The notes beneath the pieces are model-generated. The model worked only from the letters and a program-made list of their open reading frames with translations, was not told the origin of the DNA and ran no database searches. From positions 4,565 to 68,564 of the forward strand of contig CAZUIF010000016.1 in the NCBI GenBank assembly GCA_964621005.1: a stretch of 64,000 nt of DNA, written 5' to 3'. Position numbers and translations under genes: made by a program. Origin of the DNA: an uncultured Rikenella sp. GTDB taxonomy: Bacteria > Bacteroidota > Bacteroidia > Bacteroidales > VadinHA17. The stretch's first letter is position 1; the number at the start of each line of letters is the position of its first letter. Positions 50,164 to 60,550 of the stretch are shown here, piece after piece.

Positions 50164-53038
50164 AAGGAGGTTCATATCAGGAAGTGCAGTTGCTGCTGCC
50201 GGCTGGTTGACGGTGCGCTCTCTGAAGGCTTTTCCCGGTTCGTCTGAGCTGATCCGCACCGCTCCTGGCAAGAGCGGGCTGTGGGAGCTGTTCAGGAATC
50301 CGGAACCCGGTTACCGGCCATTTGTACGGTGGTGGTGGAACGGGAACAAGGTGGAAGCAGGTGAACTGGTTAGGGAGCTGCAGTTGCTCAAAGCTGCCGG
50401 TATCGGAGGGGTGGAGATCAACCCCGTGGCATTTCCCTCACGTTCTGAAGGAGATGACCTTGGAAAGCCTTCACTTGATTGGCTCAGCAGTGAGTGGTGT
50501 GAGATGCTGGCAGTTGTATTCGGGGAGGCAAGGCGGCTCGGCATGACCTGCGACCTGATCGTAGGGTCAGGCTGGCCTTTCGGTACTGAAGACCTTCCGG
50601 AGGAAGAGCGGTCACAGGTGGTGGTCATTGCTGTGAAAAAGGTGACCGGACCGGCTGATCTGTCAGTCTCACGTGAGGAAATCTTCCGTGAGGCAGGTCC
50701 TGCCGTCAGCAATCCGTGGGCGGGAAGAAAATATTCGTTGCTTTCCATGATGCTGGTACCGGACCCGCTCAATTCACCCGACGATATAACAGATTTTTCT
50801 GACAGGATCGGGGAGGAGTACTTCGACCTTTTTGTCCCTGAGGGGAACCATGCCCTGTACGCACTGGTACATGTCAATGGTTTCATGGAGGTAATAAACG
50901 GTGCACCGGGTGCCAGCGGTCCTGTTACAGACCACTTCAACAGGGACGCAGTCAGCAGGTTCCTCGTCAGGATGTCAGAATCCGTTGAGCCGGTGACCGG
51001 GCCTCTTTCAGGCCACCTGCGGGCACTCTTCACCGACAGCATGGAGCTTGAAGGCTCGAACTGGACCGGTGACATGAGGGAGGAGTTCTTCCGCAGGAGA
51101 GGCTATGACATCTTCCCGTACCTGCCGTTTGTCCTTTTCAGGACTGGAGCAATGGGTAATGTCACAGATTTCAGGTACGGTGCGGAGTACGGTCCCGTCT
51201 TCAGTGACATGATCTGCCGCATGCGCCATGATTTTGAAACCACAAAGGCCGAACTGCTTGAGGAGAGATTCCTGGAGACCTTTGCCGGGTGGTGCAGCAG
51301 CATGGGCGTCAGGTCACGGATGCAGGCCTACGGCAGGGGCTTCTTCCCGCTGGAGAGCAGCATGGCCGTCGACATCCCCGAGGGTGAATCATGGACCATG
51401 AACTGGCTGAAACACAGGATAGGCGAGGAGATGCCTGAAAGTGATTATCGCCGGGGGCGGGCCTATACGATGGTAAACAAATATGTCTCATCCGCGGCTC
51501 ATCTGGCCGGCAAGAGACTGGTCAGCTGCGAGGAGATGACTGATACCTACACTGTTTTCAATACTTCCCTTGAGAATCTCAAGGTGGGGAGTGACCAGAG
51601 CATTATCTCCGGGGTAACACATTCGGTATTCCACGGTTTCAATTACTCTCCGCCTGATGCACCGTGGCCCGGCTGGCTCAGGTATGGCGGCTATTTCAAC
51701 GAGAACAACAACTGGTGGCCTCATTTCCACCTGCTGAATGAATACAAGGCGAGGCTGTCTGCCCTGTTGCAGAACTGTGACATGTATGCCGACATAGCCC
51801 TGCTTCCACCAACAGCCGACATGTGGAGCCTCATCGGGATGCAGAATGAGCCGTTTCCGTCAGTCCTCCACGGGGAATATCTTTCGCTGGTATGGGAAGC
51901 GATTGCAAAAAACGGAAGCGGATGCGAATATGTTTCGGAAAGAATCATACGGGATTCGGAGATAAAGGACAGATGCCTTTGCTTTGGCTCCCGGAAATAC
52001 AGTACACTCTTCCTTGCAGGTGTGGAGAGCCTTTCTCCGGAAAGTGCACGGAAGCTCCTTGATTTTGTCCGGGCCGGGGGAAGGATCTTCTGCATCGGCA
52101 AGGTCCCGTCAAAGTCAGCCGGCTGGAAGAATCATGAAACAAATGATGCCGCCGTCAGACTGCTTGTTGAAAAGATGAAAGCGTATCCGCACCGGTTTAT
52201 TTTCCTTGAAAAGCCGGAAAATGACTATATAGGATGGTACAGAGCGGTTCAGGAACGGTACCGGCTTGAACCGTGGATAATCATTGACAGGCCGGATCCC
52301 TTCCTGATGCAGGTCAGGTACACCGGGGAAGACGGATCAGAATACATTTTCATAATAAATTCCCATCTGCATGATTCGCAGCAGACGCGGATAAGTTTTT
52401 CAAAGGCGCTGAACCGAAGGCATGAATGCTCCGTGTGGATGCCGGAGACCGGTGAAAGAAAGAGGGTGATTCCTGACAGTGACGGAGGGTTCACCCTCGA
52501 TCTTGGACCTGCGGAATCACTGCTGTTTGCCTTTGACCGGGAGAGGGCGGAAGAGGTATGGGATCCGTTGCCGGTCAGCGGCGCTGCAACCGTGGAACTC
52601 ACCGATGGCTGGACGGCAGAGTTCAGGCATTGCCGCGACGGTTCAGTCAGGGAGGCGAAGATGAACAGGCTCACCGACCTGAAGGATATGCCTGAGTACG
52701 TCAGTTTCTCGGGTACCGTCATTTACAGGAATAACCTGGAATGCATTGACCAGGATGGCATAATGTTAAATCTCGGTAAGGTTTACGGAACTTCGGAGCT
52801 AAGGATAAACGGAAAAAGCTGCGGTGTAAAATGGTACGGAAGGCGTATCTTCAGCATCGGGAAATACCTGAAGCCGGGAATCAATACTGTTGAGGTCACT
52901 GTCACAACTTCAATGGGTAATTATATGAAATCACTGACTGACAATCCCATAGCGCAGTACTGGACCAATGCCGGAACGAAGAACCAGCCACTGCAGCCGA
53001 TGGGCATGACCGGACCTGTAACCTGTTATAAAAGATGA
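50156..53038 (+). CDS. Large glycoside hydrolase, GH106-like (alpha-L-rhamnosidase-related) with Tat signal
   Basis: Twin-arginine leader MDRRRFISGSAVAAAGWL. N-terminal RPFVRWWWNGNKVEAGELVRELQLLKAAGIGGVEINPV, and a C-terminal galactose-binding-like domain. The family assignment is from memory of this motif, not from a search. Confidence 0.55.
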   Translation: MDRRRFISGSAVAAAGWLTVRSLKAFPGSSELIRTAPGKSGLWELFRNPEPGYRPFVRWWWNGNKVEAGELVRELQLLKAAGIGGVEINPVAFPSRSEGDDLGKPSLDWLSSEWCEMLAVVFGEARRLGMTCDLIVGSGWPFGTEDLPEEERSQVVVIAVKKVTGPADLSVSREEIFREAGPAVSNPWAGRKYSLLSMMLVPDPLNSPDDITDFSDRIGEEYFDLFVPEGNHALYALVHVNGFMEVINGAPGASGPVTDHFNRDAVSRFLVRMSESVEPVTGPLSGHLRALFTDSMELEGSNWTGDMREEFFRRRGYDIFPYLPFVLFRTGAMGNVTDFRYGAEYGPVFSDMICRMRHDFETTKAELLEERFLETFAGWCSSMGVRSRMQAYGRGFFPLESSMAVDIPEGESWTMNWLKHRIGEEMPESDYRRGRAYTMVNKYVSSAAHLAGKRLVSCEEMTDTYTVFNTSLENLKVGSDQSIISGVTHSVFHGFNYSPPDAPWPGWLRYGGYFNENNNWWPHFHLLNEYKARLSALLQNCDMYADIALLPPTADMWSLIGMQNEPFPSVLHGEYLSLVWEAIAKNGSGCEYVSERIIRDSEIKDRCLCFGSRKYSTLFLAGVESLSPESARKLLDFVRAGGRIFCIGKVPSKSAGWKNHETNDAAVRLLVEKMKAYPHRFIFLEKPENDYIGWYRAVQERYRLEPWIIIDRPDPFLMQVRYTGEDGSEYIFIINSHLHDSQQTRISFSKALNRRHECSVWMPETGERKRVIPDSDGGFTLDLGPAESLLFAFDRERAEEVWDPLPVSGAATVELTDGWTAEFRHCRDGSVREAKMNRLTDLKDMPEYVSFSGTVIYRNNLECIDQDGIMLNLGKVYGTSELRINGKSCGVKWYGRRIFSIGKYLKPGINTVEVTVTTSMGNYMKSLTDNPIAQYWTNAGTKNQPLQPMGMTGPVTCYKR

Positions 53039-53039
53039 T

Positions 53040-54512
53040 ATGAAACCAGGCAAGATCTTTTTAAGCGTAATCCTGGCGGCCGCCGCCATTCAGATGCAGG
53101 CGAAGGATTACAACGCATCGATGTTCGGTGCAAAATCAAACGGAACCACCCTGAATACCAGTTCAATCCAGAAGGGGATTGACTATATAAGCGAGAACGG
53201 CGGCGGCCGTTTGGTTTTCTATGTGGGCCGCTACCTGACAGGCACCATCTATCTCAAATCTAATGTGACGATCCATCTTGAGGAGGGTGCCATCCTGGTC
53301 GGGTCAACCAATCCGTTCGATTATGAAAGGAACTTTAACTGGACTGCCCTGATATTTGCGCTCGGTCAGGAGAATATAGGCATTACCGGCAAGGGGGTGA
53401 TTGACGGGCAGGGATTCCTGGTGGCAAACAATCTTGTAGACATGATCCACAAGGGGGTGGTGAAGGATCCGCTGAAATATGACCGTCCCAATGAGACAAT
53501 AAGGCCGCAGAACATTTATTTCAGGGGCTGCAAAAACATCGTCATCAGGGATATCATGCTGAAGGATCCGGGAAGCTGGAACCAGCAGTATGACCAGTGC
53601 CGGAATCTGGTGATAGACAATATCACTGTTGACAGCAAGAGCTACTGGAACAATGACGGGGTTGACATCGTGGACTGTGACAGCGTTGTGGTTTCAAATT
53701 CATATTTCGATGCGGCTGATGACGGCATCTGTCTGAAATCGCACAGCGCGGACTTCGTCTGCCAGAATGTGTTTATTTACAACAACACAGTCAGAACCAG
53801 TGCCAACGGGATAAAGTTCGGCACTGTTGGTCACGGCGGATTTCGTAACATACGGATAATAAATAACCTGGTTTTTGATACCTACAGGTCGGCCATTACC
53901 TTTGCAGCAGTAGACGGAGGTTTTGTGGAAAACATTTTTGTTGACAGCCTGCGGTCTCTCAATACAGGGAATGTCATCTTCCTCAGGATAGGTGAGCGGC
54001 GGGCCGGCAGGAAAGGGAGGATGAACGGAGTTACAATTTCCAACGTATATGCTGAAGTCCCGGCAACCAAGCCGGATGCAGGGTACAATTATGAAGGCCC
54101 TGTTGAGGATCTTCCCAGGAATATTTCACCCTCCTCAATTGTGGGGATGCCTGATGCCCTTATTGAGAACATCACCCTGAAAAATATCGAGATACATTAT
54201 CCCGGCGGAGGCAATCCGCATTATGCAAAAGTGGGGCTTGATGAGCTTGACAAGGTGCCTGAGCTGGGACCGAATTACCCGGAGTTTTCAATGTTCAGGG
54301 AGCTGCCTGCCTGGGGATTCTATATCAGGCATGCAAATGGGATCACTATGGAAAACGTGAAACTCGTATGTGAAAAAAAAGATTACCGTACTGCAGTTGT
54401 GCTTGATGATGTTCACGGAGCAACTTTCCTGAACCTTGTGGTCAATGAGCCGGGAAGCAGGAAAGAAAGTATCTTTTCATGGAAATCGACAGATATCTTC
54501 AACAAGAAATAG
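53040..54512 (+). CDS. Glycoside hydrolase family 28-like (polygalacturonase / rhamnogalacturonase-type parallel beta-helix)
   Basis: Motifs WNNDGVDIVDC and FDAADDGICLKS, with repetitive beta-helix turns. Signal peptide present. Confidence 0.65.
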   Translation: MKPGKIFLSVILAAAAIQMQAKDYNASMFGAKSNGTTLNTSSIQKGIDYISENGGGRLVFYVGRYLTGTIYLKSNVTIHLEEGAILVGSTNPFDYERNFNWTALIFALGQENIGITGKGVIDGQGFLVANNLVDMIHKGVVKDPLKYDRPNETIRPQNIYFRGCKNIVIRDIMLKDPGSWNQQYDQCRNLVIDNITVDSKSYWNNDGVDIVDCDSVVVSNSYFDAADDGICLKSHSADFVCQNVFIYNNTVRTSANGIKFGTVGHGGFRNIRIINNLVFDTYRSAITFAAVDGGFVENIFVDSLRSLNTGNVIFLRIGERRAGRKGRMNGVTISNVYAEVPATKPDAGYNYEGPVEDLPRNISPSSIVGMPDALIENITLKNIEIHYPGGGNPHYAKVGLDELDKVPELGPNYPEFSMFRELPAWGFYIRHANGITMENVKLVCEKKDYRTAVVLDDVHGATFLNLVVNEPGSRKESIFSWKSTDIFNKK

Positions 54513-54532
54513 CCTGGCCTGACACCCACTGT

Positions 54533-55429
54533 ATGAAAAAAATACCGGAAAACCCGGTTGACCGGGATTTTTCGCCTTTCTGTGATAAGGGGGCGGCTTA
54601 CAGGGCGGAATATGTTCCGCTTCCGACAGGGGTGGAGTTGCTGTCAGTTTCGTTCTCACCGCCGGAGCCGTCAGAGTCGCCGGTTATCCTATTCATTCCC
54701 GGATTTGTTTCACTGATAGAAAATTTCAGGGAGACGCTCATTGAGCTGACGCGGAGTCATACCGTGATCTATGTTGAGACACGGGAGAAAAGCACTGCAA
54801 GGATCAACCCGGATCACCGGTTTTCGGTGGATGAAATAACATCCGATATCGTTCATTTTGCAGAGCTCATGATTCCTGAGGGGGTGCGATATGTCATGGC
54901 TGGATATTCACTGGGTGCAACCGTAATTGCAGAGGCTTTTCCACGCCTCGGGCGAAAGCCGGAAGCTGTGATGCTTCTTGAACCAAACAGTTCATTTCCA
55001 TTCAACGGTCTCGCCATGGCCCTTGCACGCCTTGCAAAGTACCTTTACCGTCCCGTTGTCCCGTTTGTCAAATGGTACCTGAGAACGTTCATGATTGACC
55101 TTAAGTCCGATGAGGAGATGTACCTCATAAACTGCCGCAATCTTGACACTGCCGAGCCGGTAAGGCTGGGTTTGGCTGTCAGGGAGCTGAGCCGCTACAG
55201 GATGAATGGTTGCCTTGAGCAGATAACGGTACCTGCAATGGTGGTTGTTACTTCAAAGGACCGTTTTCACAGTCACGGAGGGGGCACGGAGATCGCCGCC
55301 CGCATACCAGGGGCAACATGTCTCGATATGGAAGACAATAAGCGTACCCACAGCACTGAGGCTGGCCGTGTTATCAGCGCTTTTATTTCTTCTCAGGCAC
55401 AAATACCAGTTCGAGCAGATCTGCCTTAG
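54533..55429 (+). CDS. Alpha/beta-hydrolase fold esterase
   Basis: Nucleophile elbow AGYSLGA (G-x-S-x-G) and an oxyanion region ILFIPGF. I chose the start at MKKIPENP (54533), 20 nt after the GH28 stop. Confidence 0.65.
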   Translation: MKKIPENPVDRDFSPFCDKGAAYRAEYVPLPTGVELLSVSFSPPEPSESPVILFIPGFVSLIENFRETLIELTRSHTVIYVETREKSTARINPDHRFSVDEITSDIVHFAELMIPEGVRYVMAGYSLGATVIAEAFPRLGRKPEAVMLLEPNSSFPFNGLAMALARLAKYLYRPVVPFVKWYLRTFMIDLKSDEEMYLINCRNLDTAEPVRLGLAVRELSRYRMNGCLEQITVPAMVVVTSKDRFHSHGGGTEIAARIPGATCLDMEDNKRTHSTEAGRVISAFISSQAQIPVRADLP

Positions 55430-58187
55430 CCAGGAATTTTTTAACTGCCTTTTTCACATCCTTTGCAGTCAGTTTGTTGAGAATCCCGGCGAAGTTGCGG
55501 TAATCATTGTTGTCAATACCTGTCAGATAGTAGGTACGGACAGTGTTTGCCCAATAGCTGTTATGCTGCGAGGCTTCCTCGCGGTCCTTGAGAAGGTTGC
55601 TTACAGTCTTGTCAAGGTCAACCTGCCTTGGACCGTTTTTGGCAATTCCATCCAGCTCACTGTAGATTATCTGCTTGAGTTCCGTCGCTCTTTCCGGATC
55701 ACATTCAAATGCAACAAGAAGTGATGCTTTTTCTTCCGGCCTCTTTTGTGATGTCGCGCTGATGCTTACGCCGTAGGTGCCGCCCTGTTCCTCACGCACC
55801 TTCTCGGTATAGACAAGGTCAAGTATCCCCTTCAGCACATCCATTGTCAGGTTCCCTGCCGGATTATATTCAGCGTCGGCGGAATAGCTTATCACCACTG
55901 TTGCCTTGGGAACTGCAAGTGGTATTGGTATTTCCTTCCTTACCGTTCCTTCCGGTTGATTCATTTTCAGGTCCCTGTAGGTTTCCTTCAGGTACTTTGA
56001 GGGCAGGGAACCGATATACAGCCGGGCCATTTCTCGGGCCACCGCTTCTTCAATGTTGCCTGTTATGAAGAAAGTAAAGGCAGAGGCGTCTTCAAAGGCT
56101 GTTTCATATATATGATTGACACTTTCATATTTAATGAGCTTCATTGACCCGGGAGTCAGCAGGAATGTCCTGGGATGATACCCGGTCATATTCATTGAAA
56201 GGCTGTCAGACATTATCTTGTTGGGATCCTTCTGCATCATGTTTACCACCGCAGTATACCGCCCCATGATTGCATCATATGCCTCCTTATTGTAGTTTGG
56301 CCGGGCGATGCGAAGGAATAGAAGCTGCATCATGGTCTCGAAATCCTTCGGAGTGGAGGAGCCGGTTACTGTCTGCATTGTCTCCTGGAGACCAAGTGAG
56401 ACGGAGGCTTTCTTGCCTGCCAGCATCTTTGTGAGCGCTACATTGTCAAACTCTCCCGCACCGTACATTGATATGATCTGGGGGAAGAGGGTAAGTGAAG
56501 GGACGAGTGAATCAGGAAATAACGAAGCACCGCCGAAGGCATAGCCGCTGATTGTGACATTATCCTTCTCATAGTCAGCGTGTCTGAATACCACCCTGGC
56601 GCCGTTGGCAAGAGTCCATTCCACAGCGCCGAATTGAGGCAGGGGCATGGTTTTCACCACTTCCGAGCCTTTAAGTTCCTCAGAAATCAGGCTTGATCCG
56701 CCGGCAAGGTCTTCATACGGCCTGATATCCGCAGCTTTAACCTTTTCTATTACAGCCGTTGCCTCTGCTTCTGAAAGATGCCCGCTGTCATCAGGTCCCT
56801 GTATTACGATGAACCTGTTGTCATCTGTAACCAGTTCACGGAGCCGGTTTGTGACTTCCTCAGCGGTGATTGAAGGGAGGATATCCCTGTAATAGCCGTA
56901 CTGGGTGTCGAGTGACGGGATGGGTTCTCCGGTAAGGAAGTTGTCAGTTATCTGTGATGCCCAGGAGTCATTGCTGATCTTGTCCTTCTGCTTGTAAAGA
57001 TTCTCAAAATTTGCAAGCATGACAGCCTTGGTTCTTTCGAGTTCCCCTTTTGTAAAACCATGACGAGTTGCCCTTTCAAGCTCGGTGAGTGCTGCTTCGA
57101 ATCCTTTTGCCTCTTCTCCTTCCCTGACGTTGGCTGAAAGGGTAAGGGCATTGTAGTTTCTTGCGATGAAGGAGTCATAATCCAGGGCCCCGCCTATAAA
57201 GGGAGGTGTGCCTTTCTGTACAATTTCATTGAAACGGGTACTCATCATCCCGTTCATCAGGGAAATAACAAATCCGTCTTTGATATAGTCGAGATCCCTC
57301 GCCTTATTGTCCGGCTCGCGGTCTACAATAATCAGGTTTACTGTTGTCTGTGAGGCTTCCGGGTCAGTAATGAGAAGATACCTTGTGCCTGCTTTTGGAA
57401 CAAGGAGGTTCTCCGGTCTTGGAGCCGGATTCTCAACACGGGGAATTGAAGAAAATATCTGTTTGATTTTCTTTTCGGTTTCATCAACATCAATATCACC
57501 CACGACTGCTATTGCCTGCAGGTCAGTGCGATACCAGTCGTGATAGAACTCTCTGATTGTTTCGGGCAAGAAATTCTTCAGGACTGCAGTATCACCTATT
57601 ATGTCACGTTCGGCATACATTGATCCTTCGAAGAGTACCGGCAGCATCTTCGTCATCATCCGCCACTGTGCGCTTCGCCTTGTGCGCCACTCTTCAATTA
57701 TGACGCCACGTTCCTTGTTGATTTCGTTTTCATCAAGCGTGATAAAATCAGACCAGTCAGCCAGGATCATAAGGCAGGTATCGATAAGGCCCGGCTTGTC
57801 AACCGGCACATCGCTGAGGTTGTAGACTGTCTCGTCAAAGCTGGTGCCTGCGTTTATGTCCCGTCCGAAAGCCACCCCATGCTTTTCGAGGGTGCTCAGC
57901 AGGGATTTGCCGGGGAAACGGGTGGTACCGTTGAAAGCCATATGTTCCAGGAAGTGGGCAAGTCCGTTCTGATTGTCCTTTTCGAGGATGGATCCCACAT
58001 TCTGGATGATGTAATAACTGGCCCGGCCGGCCGGCTCGGTGTTATGCCGGATATAATAGGTCAGTCCGTTGTCAAGTTTACCGATCCGGAATGCCGGGTC
58101 AACAGGAACGCTCTTGTCTTGTGTATTCTGTGCAACGCCATGGAGGCATACCGCAATCAGAATAGCGATAACCAGAAATCTTTTCAT
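55383..58187 (-). CDS. M16-family zinc peptidase (pitrilysin/insulinase-like, tandem active + inactive halves)
   Basis: Inverted zinc motif HFLEHMAFNGT (HxxEH), a signal peptide, and ~930 aa typical of two-domain M16 enzymes. Confidence 0.9.
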   Translation of the reverse strand: MKRFLVIAILIAVCLHGVAQNTQDKSVPVDPAFRIGKLDNGLTYYIRHNTEPAGRASYYIIQNVGSILEKDNQNGLAHFLEHMAFNGTTRFPGKSLLSTLEKHGVAFGRDINAGTSFDETVYNLSDVPVDKPGLIDTCLMILADWSDFITLDENEINKERGVIIEEWRTRRSAQWRMMTKMLPVLFEGSMYAERDIIGDTAVLKNFLPETIREFYHDWYRTDLQAIAVVGDIDVDETEKKIKQIFSSIPRVENPAPRPENLLVPKAGTRYLLITDPEASQTTVNLIIVDREPDNKARDLDYIKDGFVISLMNGMMSTRFNEIVQKGTPPFIGGALDYDSFIARNYNALTLSANVREGEEAKGFEAALTELERATRHGFTKGELERTKAVMLANFENLYKQKDKISNDSWASQITDNFLTGEPIPSLDTQYGYYRDILPSITAEEVTNRLRELVTDDNRFIVIQGPDDSGHLSEAEATAVIEKVKAADIRPYEDLAGGSSLISEELKGSEVVKTMPLPQFGAVEWTLANGARVVFRHADYEKDNVTISGYAFGGASLFPDSLVPSLTLFPQIISMYGAGEFDNVALTKMLAGKKASVSLGLQETMQTVTGSSTPKDFETMMQLLFLRIARPNYNKEAYDAIMGRYTAVVNMMQKDPNKIMSDSLSMNMTGYHPRTFLLTPGSMKLIKYESVNHIYETAFEDASAFTFFITGNIEEAVAREMARLYIGSLPSKYLKETYRDLKMNQPEGTVRKEIPIPLAVPKATVVISYSADAEYNPAGNLTMDVLKGILDLVYTEKVREEQGGTYGVSISATSQKRPEEKASLLVAFECDPERATELKQIIYSELDGIAKNGPRQVDLDKTVSNLLKDREEASQHNSYWANTVRTYYLTGIDNNDYRNFAGILNKLTAKDVKKAVKKFLAKADLLELVFVPEKK

Positions 58188-58234
58188 GATTTTTAATTTT
58201 TAGAATTATGAGACATTGCCAACACCTGGTGCAC

Positions 58235-58242
58235 CAAAATTA
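58235..58242 (-). promoter_or_regulatory. Candidate -7 promoter box TAATTTTG for the M16 peptidase gene
   Basis: Exact TAnnTTTG on the minus strand, 48 nt upstream of the ATG at 58187 and just downstream of the dNK terminator. Confidence 0.4.
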
Positions 58243-58245
58243 TAC

Positions 58246-58269
58246 AAAAAAACCATCATGCAGATGGCT
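58246..58269 (-). terminator. Rho-independent terminator after the deoxynucleoside kinase gene
   Basis: On the minus strand: AGCCATC-TGCAT-GATGGTT (7-bp stem including one G-U pair), followed by TTTTT. It lies 26 nt after the stop. Confidence 0.5.
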
Positions 58270-58294
58270 TTTCAGTTCTCTTTCATATGGCTTG

Positions 58295-58909
58295 TCAGAA
58301 AAGCCCGTGGAGCTCGGCGTTGATCCTGTCGATGACCTCGCTGAGATGTTCCTTGTTTTCCGGGAAGTCATAGTAGTCGGCTTCCAGTATCAGCAGTTTG
58401 CCGAGTTTGTACGACTCGATCCACGCCTCGTACCGCTCGTTGAGTCTTTTCAGGTAGTCAAGCCTGATAGAGCTTTCATATTCCCGGCCCCGTTTCTGGA
58501 TCTGGTTTACAAGTGTGGGGACTGAAGCCCTCAGGTACAGCAGGAGATCCGGCGGTTCAACGAGGGAGCTCATCAGTTTGAAGAGGGTGAAGTAGTTTTC
58601 AAAGTCGCGTGTTGACATCAGCCCCATGGCATGAAGGTTGGGTGCGAAAATGTATGCGTCTTCGTATATGGTGCGGTCCTGGACAATGGTATTCTTTGCC
58701 TTTTTGATTTCGAGGACCTGGCTGAACCGTGAATTGAGGAAGTAGATCTGGAGGTTGAACGACCATCTCTGCATGTCTTCATAGAAGTCATTCAGGTAAG
58801 GGTTGTCATCAACATCCTCGTAATGAGCCTGCCAGCCGTAATGTTTTGAGAGCAGCCCGGCCAGCGTTGTCTTGCCTGATCCGATGTTGCCTGCTATGGC
58901 GATATGCAT
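58295..58909 (-). CDS. Deoxynucleoside kinase (dAK/dGK family)
   Basis: P-loop IAIAGNIGSGKTTL, plus DR..YED and LYLRAS blocks typical of dNK. Confidence 0.85.
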   Translation of the reverse strand: MHIAIAGNIGSGKTTLAGLLSKHYGWQAHYEDVDDNPYLNDFYEDMQRWSFNLQIYFLNSRFSQVLEIKKAKNTIVQDRTIYEDAYIFAPNLHAMGLMSTRDFENYFTLFKLMSSLVEPPDLLLYLRASVPTLVNQIQKRGREYESSIRLDYLKRLNERYEAWIESYKLGKLLILEADYYDFPENKEHLSEVIDRINAELHGLF

Positions 58910-58985
58910 ATTAAATGACTGTTAAATTCCGTGTTTAAATATAGGCAAAAGGGAGGGAGATAACCCTTCTGTTGAAAAAAAGATT

Positions 58986-60500
58986 TCAGAGTGCGGCCGT
59001 CTTCAGGACGCTCTCAACGAACTCCCTTCCGTTCGAAAGCCGTGGCATTTTGTTTTGCCCGCCGAGCTTGTCCCTCTCCCTGAACCATTTGTAGAAAGTC
59101 CCTTTGGGAACTATCCTGACAATGGGTCTGGCAAGGGTCAGGTTCTTGTATCTTTTTGCTTCATAATCTGAATTCAGGGCCTTCAGGGTTGTATCGAGGA
59201 TTTCAGTGAAATGTTCCGGGTCATCAGGTTCCCTGTCGAACTCTATCACCCATTCATGTGCTCCGCGGCTTTCATCGCCCATATATACGGGTCCTGCCGT
59301 ATATTCGCTTATATGTGCGTCGGTGCCCAGGCATGCCTTCTCCAAAGCTTTTTCGGCGTTGTCAATAATTACCTCTTCGCCGAAGGCGTTGATGAAGAGT
59401 TTTGTGCGTCCGGTTATCCTGATCTTGTGGGGGAACAGGCTGGTAAACTCCACCGTATCGCCGATTGCATATCTCCAGAGGCCGCCGTCTGTTGAGATGA
59501 CCATGGCATAGTTGACACCCTTTTCAACCTCGCCGATTGTGAGGGTTCGCTGATTACCGGCTCCGTATTCATCAGCAGGGATGAACTCATAGTAGATCCC
59601 GTAGTCAAGCATCAGGAGCATCGAGCTTTCCGAAAGGTCATCCTGAATGGCAAAGAATCCTTCAGATGCATTATATGTCTCCATGTAGTGCATTTCCGGA
59701 TCCGGGAGGAGCTTCCTGTACTGCTCGCGGTACGGGGCGAAGCTGACGCCGCCGTGGAAGAATACCTCAAGGTTGGGCCACACCTCGTGAAGGTTGGATT
59801 TACCTGTGGTTTTCAGGATATGACGGATCAGGACGAGATACCATGAGGGAACCCCCGAAAGGCTGGTGATGTTCATATCCACTGTCTTTTCGGTGATCAT
59901 CCTCATCTTTTCCTCGAAGTCCTCGATAAGGGCTATGCGGGCAGGCGGGGTACGGATCAGGTCAGCATAGGCAGGTGCATTCTCAATCAGGATGGCGGAG
60001 AGATCTCCGAACAGTGAGTTGTTGCTGAAGCTGTTGATCTGGTGGCTCCCTCCGAGGGTGAGCCCTTTGCCCAGGAAGATCCTTGTTTCAGGATTTAGAG
60101 ATGTGTACAGCACGAGACAGTCCTTTGCCCCGCGGTAATGGGTGTCCTCCAGCGATTCACGCGTTATGGGGATGAACTTGCTTTTGGTGCTGGTCGTCCC
60201 TGATGACTTTGCAAACCACTTTACCTCACCTGGCCATAGAATATTCTTTTCACCGGCCCTGAGGCGCCCCACCCAGGGGACCAGGTCCTCGTATGACTGT
60301 AAAGGCACATTGGTGCAGAACTGATCATGCGTGGAGATGGATGCATAACCGTGATTTCTGCCCCATTCTGTATCCCTGCCCATGGAAATGAGGCGCGAAA
60401 GAACCTCCTGCTGGGTCTCTGCCGGATATTTCCTGAAAAGTTCTATCTGTGAGAGGCGCTTGGTGTTGATCCATTTTATGACTGAGGGGATAAAGGGCAT
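58986..60500 (-). CDS. GH3 (auxin-responsive promoter) family adenylating enzyme
   Basis: FAKSSGTTSTKSKFIPIT, and overall colinearity with bacterial GH3-domain proteins. Confidence 0.8.
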   Translation of the reverse strand: MPFIPSVIKWINTKRLSQIELFRKYPAETQQEVLSRLISMGRDTEWGRNHGYASISTHDQFCTNVPLQSYEDLVPWVGRLRAGEKNILWPGEVKWFAKSSGTTSTKSKFIPITRESLEDTHYRGAKDCLVLYTSLNPETRIFLGKGLTLGGSHQINSFSNNSLFGDLSAILIENAPAYADLIRTPPARIALIEDFEEKMRMITEKTVDMNITSLSGVPSWYLVLIRHILKTTGKSNLHEVWPNLEVFFHGGVSFAPYREQYRKLLPDPEMHYMETYNASEGFFAIQDDLSESSMLLMLDYGIYYEFIPADEYGAGNQRTLTIGEVEKGVNYAMVISTDGGLWRYAIGDTVEFTSLFPHKIRITGRTKLFINAFGEEVIIDNAEKALEKACLGTDAHISEYTAGPVYMGDESRGAHEWVIEFDREPDDPEHFTEILDTTLKALNSDYEAKRYKNLTLARPIVRIVPKGTFYKWFRERDKLGGQNKMPRLSNGREFVESVLKTAAL

Positions 60501-60516
60501 CGGCTGAAATTTGCAC

Positions 60517-60524
60517 CAAACTTA
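60517..60524 (-). promoter_or_regulatory. Candidate -7 promoter box TAAGTTTG for the GH3-family gene
   Basis: Exact TAnnTTTG on the minus strand, 17 nt upstream of the ATG at 60500. Confidence 0.3.
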
Positions 60525-60550
60525 CATAAAAACAGCTGAATTCCCGGTCA

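Noticed and set aside
50311-51075. 254-aa minus-strand ORF inside the GH106-like gene
   Set aside because: A Ser/Pro/Thr-rich shadow frame of a GC-rich gene, with no motif. The plus-strand gene is continuous over 960 codons with a Tat signal.
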